From NCBI GenBank assembly GCA_965204085.1, contig CBDBEE010000003.1:387240-451239 (forward strand): a stretch of 64,000 nt of DNA, read 5' to 3'. Numbering within the stretch: position 1 is the stretch's first letter; each line of letters opens with the position of its first letter. Shown piece after piece: positions 10,257 to 19,776 of this stretch. This DNA comes from Candidatus Poribacteria bacterium (lineage in GTDB: Bacteria; Poribacteria; WGA-4E; JAJDTR01). The position numbers were made by a program, and so were the translations under genes. The notes under the pieces are model-generated. The model ran no database searches. It was not told the origin of the DNA and saw only the letters and a program-made list of their open reading frames with translations.

Positions 10257-10646
10257 CTACGCCCCCCAAGCCTCAGCCACTCGCTTCAACTCCCCCGCAG
10301 CCCATTGAACCGTTGCAATCGCTACGATTGACAACACAATCCCGCCGGCTGGTGCAAGTGTTCCTTTCCCAGGAGAGCGGCGCATTAGGACGATCAGATC
10401 AACAACCAAGGCGAAAAACCACGCGATGTTGACGAATGATACAATTTGATAAAGCGAAAGCCCCGCGTAAAAGGGACCAAGTATGTGGCTGTTGTATTCG
10501 GTCCGATCAGAAGCATGAAGAATCCAAATTACCGTAATTGAGAACAGAAAAACATAGACTGTCGTTCCGATCACACTTGCACGCCAGATCCGTATATGTC
10601 GTCGCCTCAACCTAGAACCGGCAGTTCCATTCTTGTATTTCCTCAT
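10257..10646 (-). CDS. small integral membrane protein (about 4 transmembrane helices), hypothetical
   Basis: 129 aa with several hydrophobic helices. It lies downstream of the TonB-dependent receptor on the same strand. Confidence 0.45.
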   Translation of the reverse strand: MRKYKNGTAGSRLRRRHIRIWRASVIGTTVYVFLFSITVIWILHASDRTEYNSHILGPFYAGLSLYQIVSFVNIAWFFALVVDLIVLMRRSPGKGTLAPAGGIVLSIVAIATVQWAAGELKRVAEAWGA

Positions 10647-10727
10647 GGGTGTATTGTGTAAAAAAGTTGAGGCGGGATTATACCCGCCTCAACCGATTGC
10701 TGACACAGACTGTGCGACAGATTGCGC

Positions 10728-13208
10728 CTAAAACGCATTCTCCCATCCGATATAATACAACCCGCCGTTGAAACCGAAAGGCGCCGACCGCCGCGAGTAG
10801 GTGAATACCCCCGGCGAATCAACAATAATGTTGCCCCACGCATCCACGATCTTCCCGCCGCGTGATTGACCGACACGATTCTCATCCGGCGTCACATTGA
10901 ACAAGTTATTCGCGCCAATCTTAATCCTGCCGTATTCGCCCAATCCGTAGCTGATTTGAACGTCGGTGAGGTACTTCGGCGTGAAGGTTTGCCTCTTACC
11001 GCCGTCAATCACCGTGTATTCCCCGTATCGATGGACTGCGTAGTCCACGGCGAGAGCGTCGCCTGTGTATCGGGTTGACATCGAGACGCGGTCTTTCGGT
11101 TGCCACGATTCAACGATAGAGCGGTCCTGCTCCGTGAACAGCGATTCGGGGAGATTGGCGGGCAGATTCACATCGGTGATCTCCGTTTCCGTGTAGTTCG
11201 CAGCGAAACTAAACGCGAGTGAGGCGCTATCCAACAAGGGATAGGTATACAACGCTACAAAATCAATTCCCTGTGTTTCGGTGTCTGCCGCGTTCATGAA
11301 GAATTGCGCCCCTGCCACACCTGAATCTGCGAGACTCGCTCGAATTCCTGCTGGAATCGCTTCATTGCCGCTCGACAGCCGTCCACTGATGATGATGCGG
11401 TCGCTGATCGTAGCCCGGTAAAAGTCCGTTGTAAGCGTCAACCGGGGCAGCGGGCGCAGGATGAATCCGCCGCTCAGGTTAACCGCAGTCTCCTCCGTCA
11501 ACTCGGGAATCCCGACGGCTTTCGCAATGTCGCTATCGTTTCGGAACGTGCCGATTTCTTGTGCCACTGACTGCCCGTCAACTGTATTAAATTGTGTGCT
11601 TACGTTGTTGAAATACAGTTGCTGCATGGAGGGCGCGCGAAATCCGGTGCTAGCCGAACCCCGAAGTGCGAGCGCGTCTGCCGGTTCATAGCGCAGCGCC
11701 AACTTTCCGTTTATCGTGGAACCGAAGTCGCTGTAGTTCTCGACGCGTGCCGCCGGATTGACGAACACCGATTCGATGGGATTTACCTCCACATCGGTAT
11801 AAAACGCAAAAGCGGTACGCAGTTCGTTTACCTCATTTGACGGCTGGAATCCGGGGAACACTTGAATACCGCCCGAGGCGCCTCCGGGACCGTCATAATC
11901 GTTATACGAAACCTCCTCGCCCGCGGTAATCTGATAGATGTCGTTCCGAAATCCGCCGCCGACCGCAACGTTGCCCCAGTCCATCGGCAGCGAGAAATCC
12001 AGGTCCACCGTGTTAAGGAAGAGTCGCAAATCCCCCGCATCCGCGGACGATGGACTCGAACCCTCTGCGGCGACAAGCGATGCGTTGTGCGAATTGCTGA
12101 CGTTGAACGCAAAGCTGTTGCCGCCCGTGACGACGCTCGCATCCATCCGCAAATCATTCCCGAACTTCTGCTTGACACCAACACCAATAGAGTAATCCAG
12201 TACACTTGTATTGATTAACGGAAGGAACCCGTCGGGGTAGTCCGAACCTTCAGGGTTGCGACTGAGTTGATTCGCCCTCCGGTAAAATCCCGCACTGGTG
12301 TTCTGCCGATTTGAGTAATCGAGGAAACTGTAGAAAGTGGCGCCCTCCCAAATGTTGTCAATCGGCTTGTCCAAATTCAGAACAACGGCGCCCTGACGCG
12401 ATTCCGCATCGCCGATACGGAAATTCTGGCGGTCAAAGCTATGTTCTTTGTTGCCGGCGTCGTTCGTAATCTGGACGGGAGCGCCATCCCCAACTTCAGT
12501 ATCGGGATACTGAATCACGCCCGTCATACCCGCGCGGTTGGTTGGCTGCCTATCTCGATACTCAATCGCGCCGTGAATCGTACCGTCATTGCCGAATTTG
12601 AACCCTTTATGCGCATTCAACGCGAACGTCTCGCCATCTCCCTCGTACGTCGAGCCGTAGGAGGTGCCAAACGCCCCATCGTAATCATCCTTGAGTACGA
12701 GATTTATGACCCCCGCCAGCGCATCCGAACCGTATTGAGCCGAAGCGCCATCCCGCAGAATCTCGATCCGTTTAATCGCGCTCGCGGGTATCGCGTTCAT
12801 GTCTACTCCTGCCGTGCCTCGACCGACTGAAGTATTCACGTGAATTAACGCACTCCCGTGACGCCGCTTCCCGTTGACGAGCACGAGCACCTGATCCGGA
12901 CCTAAACCCCGAAGCGTCGCGGGTCGTAGCGCATCCGTACCGTCGCTGATTGATGAACTTGAAAAATTGAACGATGGCGCCAACGTCTGTAACACACGTC
13001 CGATTTCGGTATGCCCCGTCTTTCGGATGGCGTCCTCGTTGATCACATCGACCGGCACCGGCGAATCCAATCGACTCCGCTCCGGCACACGAGTACCAAT
13101 CGTGACAATCTCCTCAAGTTCGATTGGGGTTGCCGCTTCCTCCTCCTGTGCGGTGAGTGATGAAGCAGACAATACTATTATGGTTGAAAGTAAAACGAGA
13201 ATCTTCAA
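10728..13208 (-). CDS. TonB-dependent outer-membrane receptor (plug plus 22-strand barrel)
   Basis: TTG start at 13208 with an AGGAGG Shine-Dalgarno sequence 9 nt upstream, followed by a signal peptide. Plug-domain motifs are present (IEILRDGASAQYGSDALAGVINLVLK). The protein ends in an aromatic residue (…GWENAF). Confidence 0.85.
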   Translation of the reverse strand: MKILVLLSTIIVLSASSLTAQEEEAATPIELEEIVTIGTRVPERSRLDSPVPVDVINEDAIRKTGHTEIGRVLQTLAPSFNFSSSSISDGTDALRPATLRGLGPDQVLVLVNGKRRHGSALIHVNTSVGRGTAGVDMNAIPASAIKRIEILRDGASAQYGSDALAGVINLVLKDDYDGAFGTSYGSTYEGDGETFALNAHKGFKFGNDGTIHGAIEYRDRQPTNRAGMTGVIQYPDTEVGDGAPVQITNDAGNKEHSFDRQNFRIGDAESRQGAVVLNLDKPIDNIWEGATFYSFLDYSNRQNTSAGFYRRANQLSRNPEGSDYPDGFLPLINTSVLDYSIGVGVKQKFGNDLRMDASVVTGGNSFAFNVSNSHNASLVAAEGSSPSSADAGDLRLFLNTVDLDFSLPMDWGNVAVGGGFRNDIYQITAGEEVSYNDYDGPGGASGGIQVFPGFQPSNEVNELRTAFAFYTDVEVNPIESVFVNPAARVENYSDFGSTINGKLALRYEPADALALRGSASTGFRAPSMQQLYFNNVSTQFNTVDGQSVAQEIGTFRNDSDIAKAVGIPELTEETAVNLSGGFILRPLPRLTLTTDFYRATISDRIIISGRLSSGNEAIPAGIRASLADSGVAGAQFFMNAADTETQGIDFVALYTYPLLDSASLAFSFAANYTETEITDVNLPANLPESLFTEQDRSIVESWQPKDRVSMSTRYTGDALAVDYAVHRYGEYTVIDGGKRQTFTPKYLTDVQISYGLGEYGRIKIGANNLFNVTPDENRVGQSRGGKIVDAWGNIIVDSPGVFTYSRRSAPFGFNGGLYYIGWENAF

Positions 13209-13276
13209 GGTGGTTATTCCTCCTTTGATGTTGAAGAATTAAAGAATTGAGCAGAACTGCCGCTCTGCTCGACAGG

Positions 13277-14518
13277 TTACTTCGCTTTGGACGGCGTTGC
13301 CGTGCCACCATCCTTTTCTATGATAGCCAATCTCACCATTCGCCATTCTACGCTATTGGCCCCAACGTCAGACCATTCCCCTGAAAAACCCATCATGACG
13401 AAATCTTCGTCACCCCAGTCGTCATCCTTCGGTTCATGGGGTGCCCAGTTAGTGAAGGTGAGCGGCTCGCCGCTCTCCCAAACCCATTCACCCTCTGTTG
13501 CGTAATCGGTCAATCCAATCCAATAGGGGCGATGCCCAAAGATATCTGAGAGCCACTTCTGCTCTGTGGCATCGTTAATCGTGACCAGATGTGCACTTTC
13601 GGCGACAGCTTGAATATTCGCATCGTCCCAGCTATTGCATCGAATTTTCTTGTAAGCGTTCCCGGTTTCCGGATTCACCACCCACGCTGCCTCGTCGCCG
13701 GGAACAGATGATGTCGACGCTTCTGCCGAGACTTCGATTCGACCAGTGGGGACATCAGGGGAAATTGGTTCACTATCAAACGTGAATACTAAATCCCCTT
13801 TATTTTCCCCTTCTCTTAATAGGAACGGTTCCGCTGTCGCCGAAAGCCCTTGATAATTCACCGTCACCGTGTAGATTGCCGTCTCATCCACATGGTACAT
13901 AAAGTAGCCGTCGGCGTCCGTCTCGCTAGAGGAACTTGAGCTACCACTCCCCATCCCGTCGGGCGAACGACGTCTTGCACTGATTTGAATTCTTGCACTA
14001 ACAAGGGGTGTTCCATCGGCGAACACGATTCTCCCCCGAATATGCTGACGTGACTTCACTCTGATTTCAACGTTCTCGACGTGCGTATCCGGTTTTATGA
14101 CAACCGCTACTCCCCCAAACGGCGACGGTACATGTTGATGCACTGTCAACGCTCCGACTTTCATGGATACGATTTCGTGACTAGCCGTCGACTCGTGTTC
14201 AGACAGGGTATGGGATGCTAATCGATACTTCACTGAGCGAATGTTGTGAATGGAAAAACGCCCCATTTTGTCAGTGCGCGACACAAAAATCGTAATTTCT
14301 TCTTGATGCTCCGAGTCACTAATAGTGTCAGCAGAAATATTTCCTGATTCAGACGGCATCGGTTCAAGGGTTAACCCGAATCCGGGCACCGGGTTCCCTT
14401 CCATATCGACAACACGACCGGATAAGGTAGACGTACCCTCCACAACCAACCCACGTTGCGGCGCAATGAAGAGAAGAACAATGACTGTGACTACAAGTGT
14501 GCAGCATAAACGGTTCAT
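13277..14518 (-). CDS. secreted protein with an N-terminal CarboxypepD_reg-like domain and a C-terminal C-type-lectin-like domain (CTLD)
   Basis: ATG at 14518 with a GGAGG Shine-Dalgarno sequence and a signal peptide. STLSGRVVDMEGNPVPGF matches the CarboxypepD_reg type. The C-terminus has the CTLD hallmarks WIGLTD...EGEWVW...TNWAPHEP...EDFVMM...GEWSDV (an EPN/WND-like Ca2+ and sugar site) but lacks the canonical disulfide cysteines. Confidence 0.65.
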   Translation of the reverse strand: MNRLCCTLVVTVIVLLFIAPQRGLVVEGTSTLSGRVVDMEGNPVPGFGLTLEPMPSESGNISADTISDSEHQEEITIFVSRTDKMGRFSIHNIRSVKYRLASHTLSEHESTASHEIVSMKVGALTVHQHVPSPFGGVAVVIKPDTHVENVEIRVKSRQHIRGRIVFADGTPLVSARIQISARRRSPDGMGSGSSSSSSETDADGYFMYHVDETAIYTVTVNYQGLSATAEPFLLREGENKGDLVFTFDSEPISPDVPTGRIEVSAEASTSSVPGDEAAWVVNPETGNAYKKIRCNSWDDANIQAVAESAHLVTINDATEQKWLSDIFGHRPYWIGLTDYATEGEWVWESGEPLTFTNWAPHEPKDDDWGDEDFVMMGFSGEWSDVGANSVEWRMVRLAIIEKDGGTATPSKAK

Positions 14519-14589
14519 GGTAATGTCCTCCGCTGCGTTATTGGCTTTGAGAAACTTAATCTACAACCACTGTAGGTCGGGCTTCTATA

Positions 14590-15080
14590 CTTCACGCTGC
14601 TAGAAGTTGCGTGTTTCCAAGGGATCCTATCCCGATGGCGATAGATTCCCGTACCACAATCTGTTAGATTGTGATCGCATCTGTGCGACGAAAGATTCCT
14701 CTGTCATGCTATCTGTGCCGGTAAAGCGTCCAAATCCGCTTGTAGAAGCGATCAAACGAGTGGTTAACGAGTAAGATCTTCTATCGCCTTGGGATCCCTA
14801 TCGCACTCGCTATACGCTCGCTTGATCTATTCGGTCAGTTAATCGATAGAGATCCCTCTCCGAATCGCGACCTGCTGGTGCTGGGTAAGCCCTATTACAA
14901 ACCAGTATTGCTGAGAAAACAAGCGCAATATTACGCAACGCATGGTATAGTCCGACTCTACGAGAGATACCACTTAGTCAAACCTAATCCGTGAAATCCT
15001 TTAACTGTTTAATCCGATCAAACGAACCAACAGTGAGTGCGATAGAGATCTTGATAGCTAGGACGATAGAGGTCCCATGT
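14590..15080. repeat. repeat-dense intergenic block, with more than 6 degenerate copies of a ~38-bp unit GATCAAGCGACTGAWTAAGGAGCGCGATAGAGATCC plus AATCCGT heptamer runs
   Basis: Copies of the unit also occur at 28736, 34918, 36571, 56405/56456, 58270 and 59620-59700 (reverse orientation). Confidence 0.6.
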
Positions 15081-15320
15081 AGCACTGTGAGACCCAACAC
15101 CAAGCTAATCTATTGTAGGGTGGGCACTGCCCACCAGTCTTTTCTAAGCGCCATCGTCCGTCTTTTTCCCAAAGGTCCGAAGCAGCACTGGCGCGTATTG
15201 TTCAAACTGCGCCTGGAAGTCGATAATTAACGATACATGTGACACAATCTGGAATGCTTCTCATTCTATCGCTGTAACGCTAATGCGAAATATCCCACAA
15301 CAGCACGGTGCCGTCATAAC
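15081..15320. repeat. ~240-bp block shared by the 3' ends and downstream flanks of the two WD40 genes, containing the REP palindrome TTGTAGG-GTGGGCACTGCCCACC (15113..15135)
   Basis: It is about 90% identical to 17525..17762. Confidence 0.8.
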
Positions 15321-17148
15321 TCCCGCTTCCTAACGTTTGGCCATCAGTGCTGAACGAAAGGCTGGTAACCGTCGATCCGTGTCCTTTGAGTGTCTGCCGA
15401 TGTGTGCCCGTCTCAGCATCCCAAAGATGAATGTGAGAGTCATTACTCCCACTAGCTATTGTACTGCTCTCTGGGTCAAAAGCGACTGCAGTGACGGCCG
15501 ATGTATGTCGCTCCAGAATCCAGCGGCTCTTCCCGGTGACAACACTCCAGATGCGGGCAGTACGATCACCGCTCCCGCTTACCAGCATGTCGCCGTCCGG
15601 GCTAAACGCAACACTAATGATGTCAGCCGTATGACCTTCCAAGGTTCGTTGATGCGTACCCGTCGCGACATCCCAGAGACGGATGGTAGTGTCGAGACTA
15701 CCACCTGCTAACATAGCGCCATCTGGACTGAACGCTAAGGTCGAGCGAGCTGGTCTGTACACGTTGTGGGTAATCTTTGACGCGTCCCACCGGAGGGTAC
15801 GCAGTACCACGCCTTTGTTGGCATTCCACAAATGAATGATGGCCTCGCCGTTCCAGCTTGCCAGAGTTGAGCCATCCGGGCTAAATGCAATGCTATGGTC
15901 TCGCCCATCATCGTTTTGCAGTGTTCGCAGGCGTCTCCCCGTCCTGACATTCCAAAGGTCTACACTGTGGTAATCACTTCCGGTCGCCAGAGTTCGACCA
16001 TCCGGACTATAGGCGATGCTGTTGGTCCGCGCAAACTCCAAACCTAAAGATTGTTCGTACGCACCTGACACTGTGTCCCACAGACGCACGGGGTTGCTCC
16101 GACTCCCGCTTGCCAGTGTTGCGCCATCGGGATTAAAAGCGAGAGTATGGACAGGCCTCATGTGTCCCATTACGGTTGCCAGCTGTGCGCCTGTAGCCGT
16201 TTTCCAAAAACGAATAGTAGCGTCCCAACTTGCACTTGCCAACCTTGAACCGTCCGGACTGAAGGTGATGTCGCTAACCCAACCTGTATGCCCTCGCAAT
16301 GTTCGCAGAAGTTTTCCCGTTGCCGCCGTCCATAATCGGACAGAATTATCGTTGTACCCGCACGCCAGAATGTTCCCATCCGGGCTGAATTCCACGCACT
16401 TGACCCCATGAGCCCAATCCTCCAGTTGGCGTATGTGATCGCCCGTTGCAACATTCCACAATCGAATACTATCGCCCCAGCTCCCGCTTGCCAGCGTCGT
16501 GCTGTCTGGGCTGAAGGCAACGCTAGTAACATTTTGGGTATGCCCTTCTAGCGTAAACAGTTTCGCACCCGTCACAGCATTCCACACATGAATGGTGTTG
16601 TCTCGGTTCCCAACTGCCAGCACGTCGCCCTTCGCGTTGAATGCGGCGTTGGTGACGTAAAACGTATCTCCTTCCAGCGTGCGTAAGTGCTCACTTGTCG
16701 TCGCATCCCAGAGACGAATGGTCTTGTCCGAACTCACACTTGCCAAAGTGCTTCCGTCCGGGCTAAACGCGATGCTCGTAACGTTAAATGTATGTCCTTC
16801 CAGTGTACGCATGTGTTTACCCGTTGCGGCATCCCACAGACGGATGGTACTATCCGAGCTTCCACTTGCTAGTATGCTGCCATCTCGGCTGAACGCAACG
16901 CTCGGAATGACTCCCGAATGTCCGGTGAGCAAGGCGACCTCCTGATGGGTCGTTGTGTCGTAAATCCATATCCCGATGCCACTGCCCACGGCAAGCCGAG
17001 TGCCGTCGGGAGAATACTGTATTTCGCTTGCGGCGCCTTTTCCGAGACGTACTTTGACCCCTTCGGGCAAACTCCACTGAGGGAATTCTTGTGATGTGCT
17101 AAGTGAGGAAAATGTGAGAAATGAAAGTGAGGCCAAGAGTATTCTCAT
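15280..17148 (-). CDS. secreted WD40-repeat protein (about 14 blades, two beta-propellers)
   Basis: The track ORF runs to 17259. An ATG at 17148 starts MRILLASLSFLTFSSLSTSQ (signal peptide). The body has about 14 repeats ending in LWD/VWN/LWN with GH dipeptides. Confidence 0.85.
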   Translation of the reverse strand: MRILLASLSFLTFSSLSTSQEFPQWSLPEGVKVRLGKGAASEIQYSPDGTRLAVGSGIGIWIYDTTTHQEVALLTGHSGVIPSVAFSRDGSILASGSSDSTIRLWDAATGKHMRTLEGHTFNVTSIAFSPDGSTLASVSSDKTIRLWDATTSEHLRTLEGDTFYVTNAAFNAKGDVLAVGNRDNTIHVWNAVTGAKLFTLEGHTQNVTSVAFSPDSTTLASGSWGDSIRLWNVATGDHIRQLEDWAHGVKCVEFSPDGNILACGYNDNSVRLWTAATGKLLRTLRGHTGWVSDITFSPDGSRLASASWDATIRFWKTATGAQLATVMGHMRPVHTLAFNPDGATLASGSRSNPVRLWDTVSGAYEQSLGLEFARTNSIAYSPDGRTLATGSDYHSVDLWNVRTGRRLRTLQNDDGRDHSIAFSPDGSTLASWNGEAIIHLWNANKGVVLRTLRWDASKITHNVYRPARSTLAFSPDGAMLAGGSLDTTIRLWDVATGTHQRTLEGHTADIISVAFSPDGDMLVSGSGDRTARIWSVVTGKSRWILERHTSAVTAVAFDPESSTIASGSNDSHIHLWDAETGTHRQTLKGHGSTVTSLSFSTDGQTLGSGSYDGTVLLWDISH

Positions 17149-17282
17149 GTACATACACCTGCGACGAATGTAAGCAACTTTCGATAAAAAATCTCGCATT
17201 GTAACGAAAACCACGCCGCGCCAACCACTTAGCCACTCGTTCCAGATTGACAAATTCACCTAATCTTCCTCTGACTATTCGG

Positions 17283-17350
17283 TATTCTTGCATTCGCTCC
17301 GGAGGAGCGGAATGTCTGTAGAACGCTTCAATCTTCTGCTCCAGAGGAGC
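17283..17350. repeat. two short hairpins, CGCTCCGGAGGAGCG-GAATGT and TGCTCCAGAGGAGCA-GCATGT, of the same family as the 50640 and 57850 tandem repeats
   Basis: Sequence inspection. Confidence 0.55.
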
Positions 17351-17524
17351 AGCATGTTTGTAAAACTAGCAAAACTTCAATTCCTACCCAGTTGTTAGTG
17401 AAGCTGAAACACTATCTATTGAACCTTGCTTATGGTGTTCAGACAACAAAACTGAGGTCGTTTGACATTATGAATGTTTTATTCAATTCGTGAGCACAAT
17501 GTTGAGCTCGTAGTTCGGGCCGAA

Positions 17525-17762
17525 CAGAGTGAAACCCAACACCAAGCTAATCTATTGTAGGGTGCGCACTGCGCACCAGCCTCTTCCAAGCGCCATCGTC
17601 CATCTTATTCTCAAAGGTCCGAAGTAGCACTGACGCGTATTGTTCAAACTGCGCCTGGAAGTCGATAATTAACGATTAACGTAACTTCATCCGGAATGCG
17701 TCTCATTCTATCGCTGTAACGCTAATGCGAAATATCCCAAAAAAGCACCGTACCGTCGTCGC
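17525..17762. repeat. second copy of the WD40 3' block; its palindrome reads GTGCGCACTGCGCAC (17555..17577), with compensatory G>C / C>G changes in the two arms
   Basis: Direct comparison with 15081..15320. Confidence 0.8.
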
Positions 17763-19602
17763 CTCCACTAACTAGCGTACCGCCATCCGAGCTAAAAACG
17801 AGGCTGTTGACCGACCTACCGTGCCCCCTCAGTGTTCGCCGATGTGCCCCCGTCCCAGCCTCCCACAGATGAATGTTGCCGTCACTGCACCCGCTAATCA
17901 CTGTGCTGCCATCTGGGGTGAAAACGACACTCATGGCACGCGCTCCCGGCGCTTCAAGGGTCTGGCGACTCGCGCCTGTCTTAGTGTCCCAGATCCGCAC
18001 GGTTCTGTCACCGCCAACGCTTGCCAGCATGTCGCCAGTAGGGCTAAAGGCGACGCTGACAATGTCCGACGCATGCCCTTCCAGTGTGTGCAGAGGAGCG
18101 TCAGTTGCCACATCCCAAAGGCGAATCGTATAGTCGCCGCTGCCACTCGCAAACATTCGTCCATCGGCGCTAAACGCGAGACTTGAGCGAATCGGTCGGT
18201 ATGTAATATGCTCGACTTCTGGGGTTTCCCAGTTAAAGGTGCGCAGTTTCGCACCTGTATTGGCATCCCACAGGGTGGCGGAACTGTCGCCATCCCCACT
18301 CGCAATGGTAGAACCGTCGGAACTAAATGCAAAGATAACATCATCTTCGACATCTTCCACCAAGGTACGTACTTCAGTGCCTGTCATAACATTCCAGAGA
18401 CTAATGGTATGATATTCGTCCCCGCCCACTAGTGTTTGACCTTCTGGGCTAAAGGTGAAATGTGATAGCCGCGACCAATCACTTTCCAACGACAGTTTGT
18501 AAGCACCTGTGGCGGTGTCCCACATGCGGATAGGAACTCGCGGACTCGCACTTGCCAGCATGTTGCCGTCCGGGCTAAGGGCGACGCTATGGATGGATTC
18601 CAAATGTCCACTCATGATTCCCAAGCGTGCGCCCGTAGCCGTTTTCCACAGACGGATGGTGGTAGCCGCACTTGCCAGCCTTGAGCCATCAGGATTGAAG
18701 GTTAGAGCAGCAACCCAATCCTGATGTCCTAGTAGCGTTCGCAGCAGTTCCCCCGTCGCCGCATCCCACAGTCGGGCGGAATTGTCGCTGTACCCGCACG
18801 CCAACGTGCTTCCATCCGGGCTGAATCCCATGCACGGGACTCCACTCTCCCAGTCCTCCAATTGACGCAAATGATTGCCCGTTGCAACATCCCACAAATG
18901 AACACTGTCACGCCAGCTAGCACTAGCCAGCATCGATCCGTCTGGGCTGAAAGCAACACTTGAAAGGTGCTCCGTATGTCCTTCCAATGTTCGCAGGTGT
19001 GTGCCTGTAGACGTATCCCACAGTGCAATGTTGTAGTTAGGGTAACTCCATGCCGCCAGCACCGAGCTATCCATGTTGAACGCGATGCCTCCGACGCTGA
19101 ACGCCTGATCTCCCTGGAGCCGTAATTCGAGAGATCGTTTCTGTTCCCCGGTTACGGCATCCCAAAAACGGACGCTAATGTCATGATCGACACTTGCGAG
19201 TGTGGCGCCATCTCGACTAAAGCTGACGCTTCTGATACTAGCGGTGTGCCCCTTCAGCGTGCCCAAATGCGCACCCGTTGAAGCATCCCACAGTCGAACA
19301 GTTTTGTTTGAACTCCCACTCGCTAGTACGCTCCCATCCGGGTTGTACGCTAAGCACCTGATGTCATCCGCATGCGCGGCGAACAAGGCGACATCCTGAC
19401 TGGTCATGGTGTCGTAAATCCAGATCCCGATACCCGTGCCTACCGCAAGCCGAGTGCCATCCGGGGAATACTCTATTTGGTTGATCTTGCCTTTTCCGAG
19501 ACGCATTGTGACCCCGTCAGGCAAGCCCCACTGGGGGAATTCTTGGGAAGCGTTAAGCGGCGAGAGCACGATGAGTAATAGTAAGGTCAAGAGTATTCTC
19601 AT
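17722..19602 (-). CDS. secreted WD40-repeat protein, paralog of 15280..17148
   Basis: An ATG at 19602 starts MRILLTLLLLIVLSPLNASQEFPQWGLPDG. The N-terminus and blade structure match the paralog. The last ~12 codons and ~200 bp downstream are nearly identical between the two copies. Confidence 0.85.
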   Translation of the reverse strand: MRILLTLLLLIVLSPLNASQEFPQWGLPDGVTMRLGKGKINQIEYSPDGTRLAVGTGIGIWIYDTMTSQDVALFAAHADDIRCLAYNPDGSVLASGSSNKTVRLWDASTGAHLGTLKGHTASIRSVSFSRDGATLASVDHDISVRFWDAVTGEQKRSLELRLQGDQAFSVGGIAFNMDSSVLAAWSYPNYNIALWDTSTGTHLRTLEGHTEHLSSVAFSPDGSMLASASWRDSVHLWDVATGNHLRQLEDWESGVPCMGFSPDGSTLACGYSDNSARLWDAATGELLRTLLGHQDWVAALTFNPDGSRLASAATTIRLWKTATGARLGIMSGHLESIHSVALSPDGNMLASASPRVPIRMWDTATGAYKLSLESDWSRLSHFTFSPEGQTLVGGDEYHTISLWNVMTGTEVRTLVEDVEDDVIFAFSSDGSTIASGDGDSSATLWDANTGAKLRTFNWETPEVEHITYRPIRSSLAFSADGRMFASGSGDYTIRLWDVATDAPLHTLEGHASDIVSVAFSPTGDMLASVGGDRTVRIWDTKTGASRQTLEAPGARAMSVVFTPDGSTVISGCSDGNIHLWEAGTGAHRRTLRGHGRSVNSLVFSSDGGTLVSGGDDGTVLFWDISH

Positions 19603-19776
19603 GTCTATACACCTGCGATAGTACAAAGATATTCTGAAATGCCCAAAATTGAGACTGTTTAATATCGTCAAAGATTCTTCTAGCTGCCGACACAACAATT
19701 ACGAAGACGCAAATCGCTCAGACGCGATGAATTATTCGGGGCGAACTCGCTTCCACGCGAATCCGTCAATCCCCGA

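Noticed and set aside
14590-15080. Possible CRISPR array suggested by the clustered short repeats
   Set aside because: The repeat units are degenerate with irregular spacing. There are no unique spacers of constant length, and no cas genes are nearby.
15337-19399. Many 60-140-aa ORFs antisense to the two WD40 genes
   Set aside because: They are shadow ORFs of the repetitive WD40 coding sequence. The sense frames are intact, with signal peptides and verified ATG starts.
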